NCBI GenBank assembly: GCA_964516995.1
Contig: CAZFAV010000003.1
Location: forward strand, 530 to 64,529
Source of the DNA: an uncultured Candidatus Peribacteria bacterium
GTDB lineage: Bacteria; Patescibacteriota; Gracilibacteria; UBA1369; 2-02-FULL-48-14
Direction of reading: 5' to 3'
DNA length: 64,000 nucleotides
Shown here: one piece after another, positions 19,101-27,278 of the stretch
How positions within the stretch are numbered: position 1 is the first letter of the stretch
Layout of the letters: each line of letters starts with the position of its first letter
Translations under genes and position numbers: made by a program
Notes under the pieces: model-generated
Told to the model about the DNA's origin: nothing
Seen by the model: the letters and a program-made list of their open reading frames with translations, nothing else
Databases searched by the model: none

Positions 19101-20091
19101 GATCACGTGGCCCAAAATTCCATGTGGCCAAACCTTCCTCAAATTCACCTTGGCAAAACAGAATCATGGAAGCTGTAACTCGATTTTCGTAGAGGAAACC
19201 AACGTGATGCTCTTTAAGATATTTTTCAACTTCTTCTCTTCCCAAAATATTTCCGGCCACCAACATTCCACCGCCAAAAACTAAAGTAGAGATGGTGGCT
19301 TTGGTAAGAAAACTCCATCCTTCCGTCAAACTTCTCAAGAGACCAGGTTTATCCTCAGCAGGTTTCACCTCTGGTTGAGCGCCTGTAGCCAAATGATAAA
19401 TTCCTTGACCAGCTTTAAAAACCGCAAAAGTACCTAAAAGCAGTGCGGCTCCTGCTAAAACAGGATGCTTACTTGCTTGATCTTTCATCCAGGTCATAGG
19501 TCCTTCACCCTTCACAGCGTCGATAGCGTCCCGAGCAGCTTGGGTCAAAACCTTGGTGTCCGCAAAAATAGCGGGCTCCATATTATTCTCAAAATATCTA
19601 GCCGTTTCCAATTCAGGATGAGAATCAAGAAACTGAATGCCTTCTAAAAGCTCTTTTTCCTCCGGATCAGTCACTTTTGGCAGAAGTCCCACATAACTCT
19701 TTAGATCTTTTGTTTCTTTTAAATCAAAACGAATAGCTAAAATTGAAAATAAGTAAGGTGTCGTTGCTCGTAAAAAGCGTAATGCTTCTGCCTTTTCGTC
19801 ATCAATTCGTTCTGGGTCAATCTTTAAAGCTTCGACATTTTTATGAATTTCCTCCATCTGCTTCTTATCCAAAACAGAAGCCAAAAGATCAATTTTTTCC
19901 TTTTCAGCACCTTCTTTTTTAAGCTCTTTAACCAGCTCATCACTTAAGTTTTCAAGTTTTTCCTGTGAGTCTTGAGCCATTAATTTTTCAAGCAATTCCT
20001 TCCGTTGATCAGCAGGGGAGGCAGAAGGAGCAGCCTTAGGCTTTTCGACGCCATCGTCGCGGAATCCAGAACCCGTGGGTGCAACAACCAT
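16111..20091 (-). CDS. very large orphan multi-pass membrane protein (about 1,326 aa)
   Basis: Continuous ORF with an acidic, coiled N-terminal region, at least 6 hydrophobic helices, an Ala-rich segment and an acidic C-terminal region. No recognisable domain. I prefer the ATG at 20091 over the ORF-track start at 20187. Confidence 0.7.
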   Translation of the reverse strand: MVVAPTGSGFRDDGVEKPKAAPSASPADQRKELLEKLMAQDSQEKLENLSDELVKELKKEGAEKEKIDLLASVLDKKQMEEIHKNVEALKIDPERIDDEKAEALRFLRATTPYLFSILAIRFDLKETKDLKSYVGLLPKVTDPEEKELLEGIQFLDSHPELETARYFENNMEPAIFADTKVLTQAARDAIDAVKGEGPMTWMKDQASKHPVLAGAALLLGTFAVFKAGQGIYHLATGAQPEVKPAEDKPGLLRSLTEGWSFLTKATISTLVFGGGMLVAGNILGREEVEKYLKEHHVGFLYENRVTASMILFCQGEFEEGLATWNFGPRDPEARTRHMAYAEQFGVTDKAVWLMASLNYKEFLNAEKTREFPLATGLFASIPVLRDWFKMPDQVSSENKMIDLIKVHDKEIHTLIPDADKMSLDQVLKKAFDLHIFKLSESAEAKTYSSVLKGFVEASEADSQEFAEDMKALGKKEKLSSGDLDSLRDSEKQVAQELDQLRLTVPDYWSDTVEAISMVFPSLAISMVFPSLAIDEGKTQDIDLIRGKQLYKAFSDAATKSDLDAIGVDVAELKVINDFTTQLEAGKPLTASEQALLTKYTDELAHIHDNINQYIVRAKTAKRKELLEDAAHIDLKDVGDVADLYWQGYKGLFYGLTWTVQKGFGENETPTDRVIGVAGTVGLISASAGLPYGAYLIRKGEVLAGGLRVLFPPYAMLDAREIYLAFFENPARLLELVIKGKITPEAAERICTSVLFHDKLIPERIWILGQKWAHSIDHFKVLKDCLHNRVKLEWLEGLLTGKIQFNRATMASMQEWQVKLINFIETKTGMRFEQFLEKMTRERGGARILLDALDRTPFGIKEKMVKFFETCAKKFGDLPLPKPVIEKLFSTGGAGLQWLKYFTENAAHLGFTGGMAYLATYYVCKDTYEGKDKSERIPLFVLGLMVSEGVFRGAKAAPEIASIVRNGGIFTEAEVGTMLSGAFRSAAGATETVAATRSAGQALAAGAEAAAVAPKHPLLMMTVALLAAFGISIAVEELTAPYLKNPTLFSTSVRGLGAPILYTAGAGQLIDTVGHYYHATNTTEKEYFMRETYLPLLGSKKMAFRDGDVGYFNEMSPEDAVEVWNYQVREKMQALKKEDEAARVAGKPEKHRGEIAELDLKIIDQDWISRQIADVEAKKIEIKTRGQELFDDILSPPLGPSISPVEKRFVESILVTDVPETWFDESFYDIEKDQRFATVRKFAHALDKDDILDTWVERKRQLYSDIEFFKTIKVDDKVMHPKESERVIATLGIDPRVAEQAESLYHEVFGSGEAQFEDMGEDQKAAA
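18494..18547. repeat. perfect 27-bp tandem duplication (2 copies plus a 6-nt partial third) inside the large ORF
   Basis: atcgctagagaggggaaaaccatagaa occurs at 18494-18520 and again at 18521-18547. In the minus frame it encodes AISMVFPSL twice. Confidence 0.95.
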
Positions 20092-20140
20092 ACGTGCAAT
20101 AAAATAAATCTTATTATTATACCTTATTTTTAGGTTTTTT

Positions 20141-20168
20141 AAAAGAGGGGAGTAGGGCAATCCCCCTC
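20141..20168 (-). terminator. candidate intrinsic terminator after the recG / small-ORF unit
   Basis: Minus strand reads GAGGGG-12 nt loop-CCCCTC followed by TTTT. It lies upstream of a TATAAT box that precedes the large ORF. Confidence 0.45.
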
Positions 20169-20218
20169 TAGATCTAATCCCGCACAATATATCTTGTGCG
20201 AAGTATATATGCGTTTAA

Positions 20219-20410
20219 TCAGCTTCCGCTAAGGTAGCCTAAAATCCATCCTGCAACTGCATCATGGAACCCCTGTTTTTCTGTATTCACTATTCTTTCT
20301 GGAAAAAGACAGATCTCGGCACATTCTGGCTTGGGCATAAAATTAAACTGACCCGCCGCTCTAACCGCTCTTTCTTCTTCGTCAGGAAATGGAATAATTT
20401 GGGCAAGCAC
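20219..20410 (-). CDS. small hypothetical protein (63 aa)
   Basis: ORF only. It sits between recG and the terminator-like hairpin. Confidence 0.25.
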   Translation of the reverse strand: MLAQIIPFPDEEERAVRAAGQFNFMPKPECAEICLFPERIVNTEKQGFHDAVAGWILGYLSGS

Positions 20411-20450
20411 AAAAACCTTCGTTTATAGGGCCGCTATTATAAAAGACGAC

Positions 20451-22493
20451 TCAAACACCGTCCACCATTTCACTCGCGGCCTCAAATTTTGCGATTTTTT
20501 GAGCGAGCGCTGGATAAGCCTTGAGTTCCACGTCTTGGTCAACGAGCCGCTGCGCGGCGCTACGCACACGGTCGAGCAATTCTTTGTCGCCAAAGTTCGC
20601 CATTCTTAAATCCGGAATTCCACTTTGTTTCACGCCGTAGACTTCGCCGGGTCCACGCAATTGCAAGTCCATTTCGGCCAAATCAAAGCCCGAATTATAC
20701 TTCACCATATACTTGAGTCTTTGCAAGGCATCGTCGCTGCCCGAATCTGTAAACAGGAAGCAGTAAGACTGGTGCGACCCTCGCCCGACCCTCCCCCTGA
20801 ACTGATGCAGTTGAGCCAGTCCAAAGCGATCCGCGCCCTCGATCATCATGATGGTGGCGTTCGGCACGTCAATGCCCACTTCAATCACGGAAGTCGAAAC
20901 GAGGATATCGATTTCACCGGCGGCGAATTGACGCATCACTTCGTCCTTGTCTTCGGCCTTCATACGGCCGTGCAAGAGCGCCAGTCGATGCTGAGGAAAC
21001 ACCTCCGCCTTCAGCCGCTCGTATTCCAGCGTCACGGCCTTCACCTGCAGCATTTCAGATTCCTCAATCAGCGGACAAACCACAAAAACTTGTCGGCCTT
21101 TGGCCACTTGGTCAGAGACCCACAGCTCCGCATCGCGGCGTTTTTCTTCCGGCACCAGTCGCGTCACAATTTCCTGACGACCCGGCGGAAGTTCATCGAG
21201 CACGGACAGATCCTGATCTCCATAAATGGTCAGCGCCATGGTTCGCGGAATCGGGGTCGCAGACAGATTGAGCATATGCGGAGTTCCCTGCGCCTTGAAC
21301 ACATTCCGCTGCTTCACTCCAAAGCGATGCTGCTCGTCGATCACCACCAGCCCCAGCCGCGCAAAATTCACTCCTTCTTGGATCAGCGCGTGCGTGCCAA
21401 TCACCAAGTCACAGGTTCCCGTGGCCAGTTGACGCAGCACATCCGCGTGTTCTGCCTCCGCCATCGATCCCACCAACAACTGCACATTAAATCCGAACCT
21501 AGAAAGTAGCTTTGTCAAATTCTTAAAATGCTGCCGTGCCAAAATTTCCGTGGGTGCCATCAGCGCGCTTTGGTAGCCGGCCACCTTCATCGCATAAATC
21601 GCCGCCGCCGCCACCGCCGTCTTACCGGATCCCACGTCGCCTTGAACCAAACGTAGCATCGGAAAATCCCGCTCCAAATCTCCAAAAATCTCCTGCGAAG
21701 TTCGCAGCTGCGCCCCCGTCAATTTAAAAGGCAGCGCATCCAAAAACGGCTCCAAATTCACACCGGTCACGCGCTTGGACTCGCCACTAAATCCCTTTTG
21801 CCATAAAAATTTTCGCTTCAACGCCAAAAATTGCAGCATAAACAGTTCATCAAAAGCCAGCCGCTCCCTCGCCTTCCCCAGATGCTCTTCATCTGCCGCA
21901 AAGTGTACGTGATAAATGGCTTCTGCAAGCGGCATCAGCGCATTTTCCTCGAGAATCCACGATGGAAAATACTCATCAAAAAACTTGGCATAGGGCAGCA
22001 GCATGTAAATCTTTTCACGCAGCCAGTGCGACGTGATCCCCTCAGTCTCTGGATACACCGGCACAATGCGCCCCGTGTGCAGCATCGGACCCGAAGGCTT
22101 CTCATACTTGGGGCTCATCAGCATGCTCCTTCCCCGCTCGTACTTCAGTTTGCCCGTCAAAATGATCTCACTGCCCTTAAAAAATTGCTGCTTCACATAG
22201 GGTTGATTGAACCACAGCACCGGAATCTCCCCCGTCTCGTCCGCCACCACCGCCCGCGTCATCACCTTCCCCGTCCGGGTCGGCACATTCAGGATCGACT
22301 TCAGCTTCCCCCGCACCACATTCACCTCATCTGTCCTCATCTCATTGATCTTCGTGAACTCCGCCTCATCCTTATACGTCCTCGGAAAATACGTCAACAA
22401 ATCCCCCAGCGTCTTCACCCCAAGCTCCTTTAACTTCGCAATATAATTATCACGAGTCTTCAAGATTCCAGCATCGAGTCGAGTGGTGAGCAT
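20451..22493 (-). CDS. recG: ATP-dependent DNA helicase RecG
   Basis: Wedge/OB N-terminus and SF2 helicase motifs (GDVGSGKT, DEQHRFG, SATPIPRT, QLHQFRGRVGRG). Confidence 0.95.
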   Translation of the reverse strand: MLTTRLDAGILKTRDNYIAKLKELGVKTLGDLLTYFPRTYKDEAEFTKINEMRTDEVNVVRGKLKSILNVPTRTGKVMTRAVVADETGEIPVLWFNQPYVKQQFFKGSEIILTGKLKYERGRSMLMSPKYEKPSGPMLHTGRIVPVYPETEGITSHWLREKIYMLLPYAKFFDEYFPSWILEENALMPLAEAIYHVHFAADEEHLGKARERLAFDELFMLQFLALKRKFLWQKGFSGESKRVTGVNLEPFLDALPFKLTGAQLRTSQEIFGDLERDFPMLRLVQGDVGSGKTAVAAAAIYAMKVAGYQSALMAPTEILARQHFKNLTKLLSRFGFNVQLLVGSMAEAEHADVLRQLATGTCDLVIGTHALIQEGVNFARLGLVVIDEQHRFGVKQRNVFKAQGTPHMLNLSATPIPRTMALTIYGDQDLSVLDELPPGRQEIVTRLVPEEKRRDAELWVSDQVAKGRQVFVVCPLIEESEMLQVKAVTLEYERLKAEVFPQHRLALLHGRMKAEDKDEVMRQFAAGEIDILVSTSVIEVGIDVPNATIMMIEGADRFGLAQLHQFRGRVGRGSHQSYCFLFTDSGSDDALQRLKYMVKYNSGFDLAEMDLQLRGPGEVYGVKQSGIPDLRMANFGDKELLDRVRSAAQRLVDQDVELKAYPALAQKIAKFEAASEMVDGV

Positions 22494-22567
22494 AAAGGGT
22501 TGCAGATGGGATCAAAATACAGTTCACTGATCGAAGGAGCAATGGCCCGACATTTACACACAAAAAC

Positions 22568-23356
22568 ATGAGTGGTTTCCCAGATCCAATCAAACAAGAA
22601 GCATTAGTAAGATCGAGACGATGCTGTTGCGTGTGTCATGAGTTCGCTGGGCGATACACAAACGTACATCATATCGTTCATCGTAATGAAGGCGGACCAG
22701 ACACTTTAGATAATGCGATAGTAGTTTGCCTGAGATGCCATGGAGAAGCAGGGCACTATAACTCTAAGCATCCAATTGGAGACAAATACTCGAAAGAAGA
22801 GTTGAGGAGGCATAGAGATGAATGGTGGAAGTGGTGTGCAGAGCATCCGGAAAAGCCGTTACCAAGTGATCCAATACTTATTTCTCCCGATATTATAAAT
22901 ATTAACGGCATAAATCCAATACAAACTTTTTTTAAAATATACAATCGTTCTGGTAGACCCCTCTACGGGATTACCCTGAAACTTAAAACAAATTTTAATC
23001 CTACAGATAACTTTACGATTGAAAGAACAGAAGTCATGGGAGAAATGGAAATGAAAGTAGCGGATTTAACAATCGACGGAGAATTTTTTGAATTGATTGG
23101 AGAAAACGAAAAAGGCACTCACATTACATATGTATACCTTTCCTCAATCAACCCATCTCAAACCCTAACATTCACCTTGAAAGAAAGTATGGTTAAAGGA
23201 AAAGGGGAAGATATGGTACTGCAAGTAATCGACTACAAAGAAACACCTGTAGCGAATCAATACAAAGACGGAAACCCTGCGATCCCATTTCATGTGGACG
23301 AGCAGCAATTTTATCCCCGTGCGCACCGTATTGGAATAAAAAAATCGAAAATCTAG
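22568..23356 (+). CDS. HNH nuclease domain protein with an uncharacterised C-terminal domain
   Basis: The N-terminal ~95 aa carry CCCVCH...HHIVHRNEGGPDTLDNAIVVCLRCH (HNH/ββα-Me with Cys pairs). The remaining ~165 aa are unassigned. Confidence 0.75.
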   Translation: MSGFPDPIKQEALVRSRRCCCVCHEFAGRYTNVHHIVHRNEGGPDTLDNAIVVCLRCHGEAGHYNSKHPIGDKYSKEELRRHRDEWWKWCAEHPEKPLPSDPILISPDIININGINPIQTFFKIYNRSGRPLYGITLKLKTNFNPTDNFTIERTEVMGEMEMKVADLTIDGEFFELIGENEKGTHITYVYLSSINPSQTLTFTLKESMVKGKGEDMVLQVIDYKETPVANQYKDGNPAIPFHVDEQQFYPRAHRIGIKKSKI

Positions 23357-23368
23357 CTCTTCATGTAA

Positions 23369-23992
23369 CTAGGAGCAATAGTTTCTACTAGCAACGACTG
23401 GACAAATTCTGTCTCCGGTACCTTCTTTAAATTTTTTTTCACAAGCAATGGAAGTAGCTTCCCACTCACCATCCTCTCTTCGATCCATATAAAAACTAAC
23501 CACCTCCCAAACATTTTGAGGATTAGAATCAGCCTTTAATAGGTATGAATATTTTGCACATATAATTTCAGAAGACACGTTTGAGACACTAGGTTGCCAA
23601 ACCGCAAGATTTTCATACCCGTTCACATATTTCAAAGGTTCTTTCGAAAATTCAATAATTTTCTCGCCATTTTCCGAGTCACACTTCAACTTTGGCCTTA
23701 AAGAACAAGCTTCGCGGAATTCGCCTTTATTAAGCGTGTCAAAATAAGCATAAACCGTCTCGAGAGGAGATAAGCCAGTTAATGCCTCCCGTCTTGGATT
23801 TATAAAGTTAGGATCACTAGAATCAGAATATGTAACAGTTGAATTATCCCCCGTCAATATTGGGCTTTGATCACCATAGGTCGTATTAGTGGACCCACTA
23901 AAAAACAAATAACCCAAAATTGGTACAACTATTGTACCTAGGACGCTAATCAGAACCTTATATTTTTTTAAAAGAAGTTCAATTCCAGGCAT
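23369..23992 (-). CDS. hypothetical membrane-anchored protein
   Basis: An N-terminal TM followed by a ~150 aa Cys-containing globular region. No family recognised. Confidence 0.5.
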   Translation of the reverse strand: MPGIELLLKKYKVLISVLGTIVVPILGYLFFSGSTNTTYGDQSPILTGDNSTVTYSDSSDPNFINPRREALTGLSPLETVYAYFDTLNKGEFREACSLRPKLKCDSENGEKIIEFSKEPLKYVNGYENLAVWQPSVSNVSSEIICAKYSYLLKADSNPQNVWEVVSFYMDRREDGEWEATSIACEKKFKEGTGDRICPVVASRNYCS

Positions 23993-24019
23993 CTCTTCAA
24001 AAAAATAAAATATCCCAGT

Positions 24020-25414
24020 TTACCCTCTCACCCTCCTAAAATTCCTCTTCCCCACCTGTAGCAGCGCACCCACTTTCGTCAGCTCCACCGAAGCCTTCAC
24101 ATCCGCTACTTTCTCCCCTTCCCATTTCACAGCGCCACCTTGAATCAAGCGGCGAGCTTCACTTGTGGTCGGTGCAAGCCCAAGTTCAACGATCAAATCA
24201 ATCATCCCCCACGTTGTACCTTTGAGTTTCACTTCCTCCACCTCATCCGGCACCTCTTTCTTTTCGTGCACGGTCTTAAAGTGAGCCTCCGCATCCACTG
24301 CGGCCTTCTCCCCTTTGTACAAACGCACAATGAGGTGAGCCAGTTCCATCTTTAAAACCTTGGGGTTTTCACCGGCTTTGAGGCGTTTTTCAATCTCACC
24401 GAGCTCTTTGCCACCCACGCGGCCGGCCAGTTCAAAGTAGGTCAGAATCGCACTGTCGGGAATGGACATGGTTTTGCCGTACATGTCTTCGGGCGTGTCG
24501 GCCACAGCGATGTAGTTGCCGGTGCTCTTGCCCATCTTCATGCTGCCGTCGGTGCCCACCAAAATCGGTACCGTCAAAATATTTTGAGGTTCTTGGCCGT
24601 AAGCCTTCTGCAAAGTGCGGCCCGCGAGCAGATTGAAAGTCTGATCCGTTCCACCGAGCTCCACATCCGCTTTCAGCGCCACGCTGTCGTAACCCTGCAT
24701 GAGCGGGTACATGAATTCGTGCACCCCGATAGGTTTAGCCTCAATAAGCTGAGCCTTATTCTGAGCGACATCATTCCAAAGATCTACTTCATAACCACAG
24801 GAGTGACATGATTGCTTATTAGGGAATGCAGTAACGCTAGCACCTTCAGGAAGATACGTTTTATCCACTGACGTCTTCGACAAAACCGTTTCAGCGTTAC
24901 ATTTTCCACAAGTAAAATACCCATAAAACCTCTTTTGGAACATGTCGCGCTCCAGCATCTGCGCCACCGTGAACTGGGACGCGAGCGTCACCACATCGGC
25001 AAAGGACAAAGGCGCGAGCCATTCAGCATTCCAACGCACTTCGATTTTATCCACGTCCAAAATGTGCGAAGCCTGGCGTAAATAATCCTTAGCATTCGCT
25101 TCCAATTCTTCCTGCGTACGCATGGGACGAGTCTCATTTTTGCCCGTGGGATCTCCAATCCTTCCCGTGAAATTTCCAAAAATCAGCACGATTTGGTGCC
25201 CGAGCGCCTGGAATTCGCGGAGCTTGTGTACTACCACCATGTGGCCCAGGTGCAGATCAAAACCCGTGGGATCGATACCCAGTTTGATGCGCAGCTGCTT
25301 GCCACTCATCATCTTCTTTTTCAAATCGGCACGCACGATGCAATCCGCTACGCCGAGACTGAGGACTCGATCGATGACGGCTTCTGTAGTGACCACTTTA
25401 GCTTTATCTGCCAT
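24020..25414 (-). CDS. tyrS: tyrosyl-tRNA synthetase (type 2, with C-terminal S4-like domain), carrying a ~60 aa Cys4 insertion
   Basis: HIGH box (DLHLGHMV), KMSKS box (KMGKS), GGTDQTFNL and an S4-like C-terminus. See the finding on the insertion at residues ~163-227. Confidence 0.95.
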   Translation of the reverse strand: MADKAKVVTTEAVIDRVLSLGVADCIVRADLKKKMMSGKQLRIKLGIDPTGFDLHLGHMVVVHKLREFQALGHQIVLIFGNFTGRIGDPTGKNETRPMRTQEELEANAKDYLRQASHILDVDKIEVRWNAEWLAPLSFADVVTLASQFTVAQMLERDMFQKRFYGYFTCGKCNAETVLSKTSVDKTYLPEGASVTAFPNKQSCHSCGYEVDLWNDVAQNKAQLIEAKPIGVHEFMYPLMQGYDSVALKADVELGGTDQTFNLLAGRTLQKAYGQEPQNILTVPILVGTDGSMKMGKSTGNYIAVADTPEDMYGKTMSIPDSAILTYFELAGRVGGKELGEIEKRLKAGENPKVLKMELAHLIVRLYKGEKAAVDAEAHFKTVHEKKEVPDEVEEVKLKGTTWGMIDLIVELGLAPTTSEARRLIQGGAVKWEGEKVADVKASVELTKVGALLQVGKRNFRRVRG

Positions 25415-25441
25415 AATGCCAACAGATTAACCGTCACATTC

Positions 25442-26323
25442 ATGAAGTTCAAGGTAAAAACAAGTGGAGAACGCGTGGACAGCTTCCTGGCCAAAGAACT
25501 CAAAATTTCTCGCAGCACTCTAGAAAAACTTTTCGACGAACACCAAGTGCAGGTCAACGACAACACCGCCAAAAAGGCTTACCGCCTGCAAGAAAATGAT
25601 GTAGTGACTTGCGCCACTCCCAAAATCGCCCCGACCAAACTCAGCGCGAGCAAAATGTCCCTGGATATTTTGTACGAAGATAAAGACATGCTGGTGATCA
25701 ATAAACCCGCCGGGGTGGTGGTGCACCCAGACTCCACGGGCCACCAAAAGGACACCATTGCCAACGCGGTCTTATCCCACCTCAAAATCAAGCCTGGGAA
25801 AGACCTCCGCCCCGGCATCGTGCATCGCCTGGATAAAGACACTTCCGGTGCCCTCGTTATCGCCAAAACCTCTGCTGCCCTCACCCGCCTTTCCAAACTT
25901 TTCCTCGATCGTGAAGTTCACAAAACCTACCTAGCTCTGGTAAAAGGCACACCCCGCACCGACACCGGACGCATCGATGCCCCCATCCGCCGTAGCAGCA
26001 AAAACCGACAACAAATGGCCATTCACTCGCAAGGCCGCTCAGCCGTCACTACTTTTGAAATCGATCATACTTGGGGTTGGTGCAGCCTGCTCAAAGTGAA
26101 TATTGAAACCGGTCGTACCCACCAAATTCGCCTCCACCTCGCGAGCATCGGCCACCCTGTGCTTGGAGATACCACTTACGGTGAACGTGCCGCCAATGCT
26201 CAAGCCGCTCAAAAACTCGGCCTCCATCGCCAATGGCTCCACGCTTGGAAACTCCAAATAGCTGGCCACCAATTTGAGGCACCAGTGCCAGGAGAACTGC
26301 AGAAAGCGCTACCTAAATCTTAA
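25442..26323 (+). CDS. rluD: RluA-family 23S rRNA pseudouridine synthase (RluD-like, S4 N-terminal domain)
   Basis: S4 domain (RVDSFLAKEL), catalytic HRLDKDTSG and GRTHQIRLH. I prefer the ATG at 25442, because the ORF-track start at 25193 would overlap tyrS. Confidence 0.9.
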   Translation: MKFKVKTSGERVDSFLAKELKISRSTLEKLFDEHQVQVNDNTAKKAYRLQENDVVTCATPKIAPTKLSASKMSLDILYEDKDMLVINKPAGVVVHPDSTGHQKDTIANAVLSHLKIKPGKDLRPGIVHRLDKDTSGALVIAKTSAALTRLSKLFLDREVHKTYLALVKGTPRTDTGRIDAPIRRSSKNRQQMAIHSQGRSAVTTFEIDHTWGWCSLLKVNIETGRTHQIRLHLASIGHPVLGDTTYGERAANAQAAQKLGLHRQWLHAWKLQIAGHQFEAPVPGELQKALPKS

Positions 26324-27191
26324 ATACTCCTAAGACTCGTTCCACCATAGTGTAACGATGAGGAGTTTCCGGCAACATCTTTCCATCGTGTCGGTTGTTT
26401 CGTAAGAATTCTCGGAGCAATCCCCTCTGACCCTGTGCTTGTCTTAGAATTTTTTTAGGTCCATAGAAGGCATTTGAGTGGAAATGTCTTTCTACGTCAC
26501 CATCTGAACCACTCACATCTGTGTAAAACCACCCGCCCACGGGCAAACCCTTAATGGCATTCAATTGCGCTAAACTTACTCCACATTCATCAGCTAAAGT
26601 TTTAGGTAGTCTAAATCCATGATGGACTTCTAAACGATGAGATTCCCAAGGCACTATGCCAAACAGTTCATCGTTACGCAAAAGATCTTCCAGTTCAGTA
26701 GGCTCACAACTGAGTACATTGGCTCTGCCATCTTCATTCATGGAATGCAAGACCTGTTCAGCTTCCACATTGGCGTGCAGACCGTCTCTACCGTGTAGCT
26801 CCAACAAAAAAGGCACTACAATTCTCATAATCTCTTTAAGTGCAGCCCGCTCAGGAACCAACGTGGCACTAAAGCCCGCAAAAAGCTCAGCAGTAGAAGT
26901 ATTAATAGCTCCACCAGCATCTGTTACCCTCGGATCAATAGGGGTATGAGCTTCATAGGTTTTCTTAAAATCTGGATTGCTCCTTTGCACTCCCGCTATA
27001 TGGCCATCGACACGGCGAATAATACTATCAAAACCCTCTTGTTTAAGAAGATTTACAATATCGACGGCCACATCTAAACGGTGGGGAAGATCAACATGAA
27101 CGTGCATACTGCCCGGACGGTCTTCAGCCTCAAGAGTGAATCCATCTGTTTGGATTTCCCCTCTATCTAAATCTCTGATATCGAGAACCAT
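26313..27191 (-). CDS. hypothetical cytoplasmic protein with His-rich motifs
   Basis: 292 aa with no TM. It has HVHVD, HANVEAE and LEVHHG motifs. No family recognised. Confidence 0.55.
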   Translation of the reverse strand: MVLDIRDLDRGEIQTDGFTLEAEDRPGSMHVHVDLPHRLDVAVDIVNLLKQEGFDSIIRRVDGHIAGVQRSNPDFKKTYEAHTPIDPRVTDAGGAINTSTAELFAGFSATLVPERAALKEIMRIVVPFLLELHGRDGLHANVEAEQVLHSMNEDGRANVLSCEPTELEDLLRNDELFGIVPWESHRLEVHHGFRLPKTLADECGVSLAQLNAIKGLPVGGWFYTDVSGSDGDVERHFHSNAFYGPKKILRQAQGQRGLLREFLRNNRHDGKMLPETPHRYTMVERVLGVFKI

Positions 27192-27224
27192 TGTAAAGTG
27201 TTAGTTAGACTTTATATCATAATA

Positions 27225-27253
27225 TTGTCAAAAGGCAAGTATTTCGGTATCAT
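27225..27253 (+). promoter_or_regulatory. candidate sigma70-type promoter for the TrmB-like regulator
   Basis: TTGTCA, 17 nt spacer, TATCAT, ending 26 nt upstream of the ATG at 27279. Confidence 0.3.
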
Positions 27254-27278
27254 TTCTATAGACACGTAATCATAAGTG

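Noticed and set aside
20625-22433. Long plus-strand ORFs (294 aa, 200 aa and smaller) opposite recG
   Set aside because: They lie entirely antisense to a full-length, motif-complete recG. Their translations are Arg/His/Pro/Gln-rich and low in complexity, as expected for stop-poor antisense frames in GC-rich DNA.
25415-25441. T-box leader upstream of tyrS
   Set aside because: Only 27 nt separate the divergent tyrS and rluD-like starts, far too short for a T-box.
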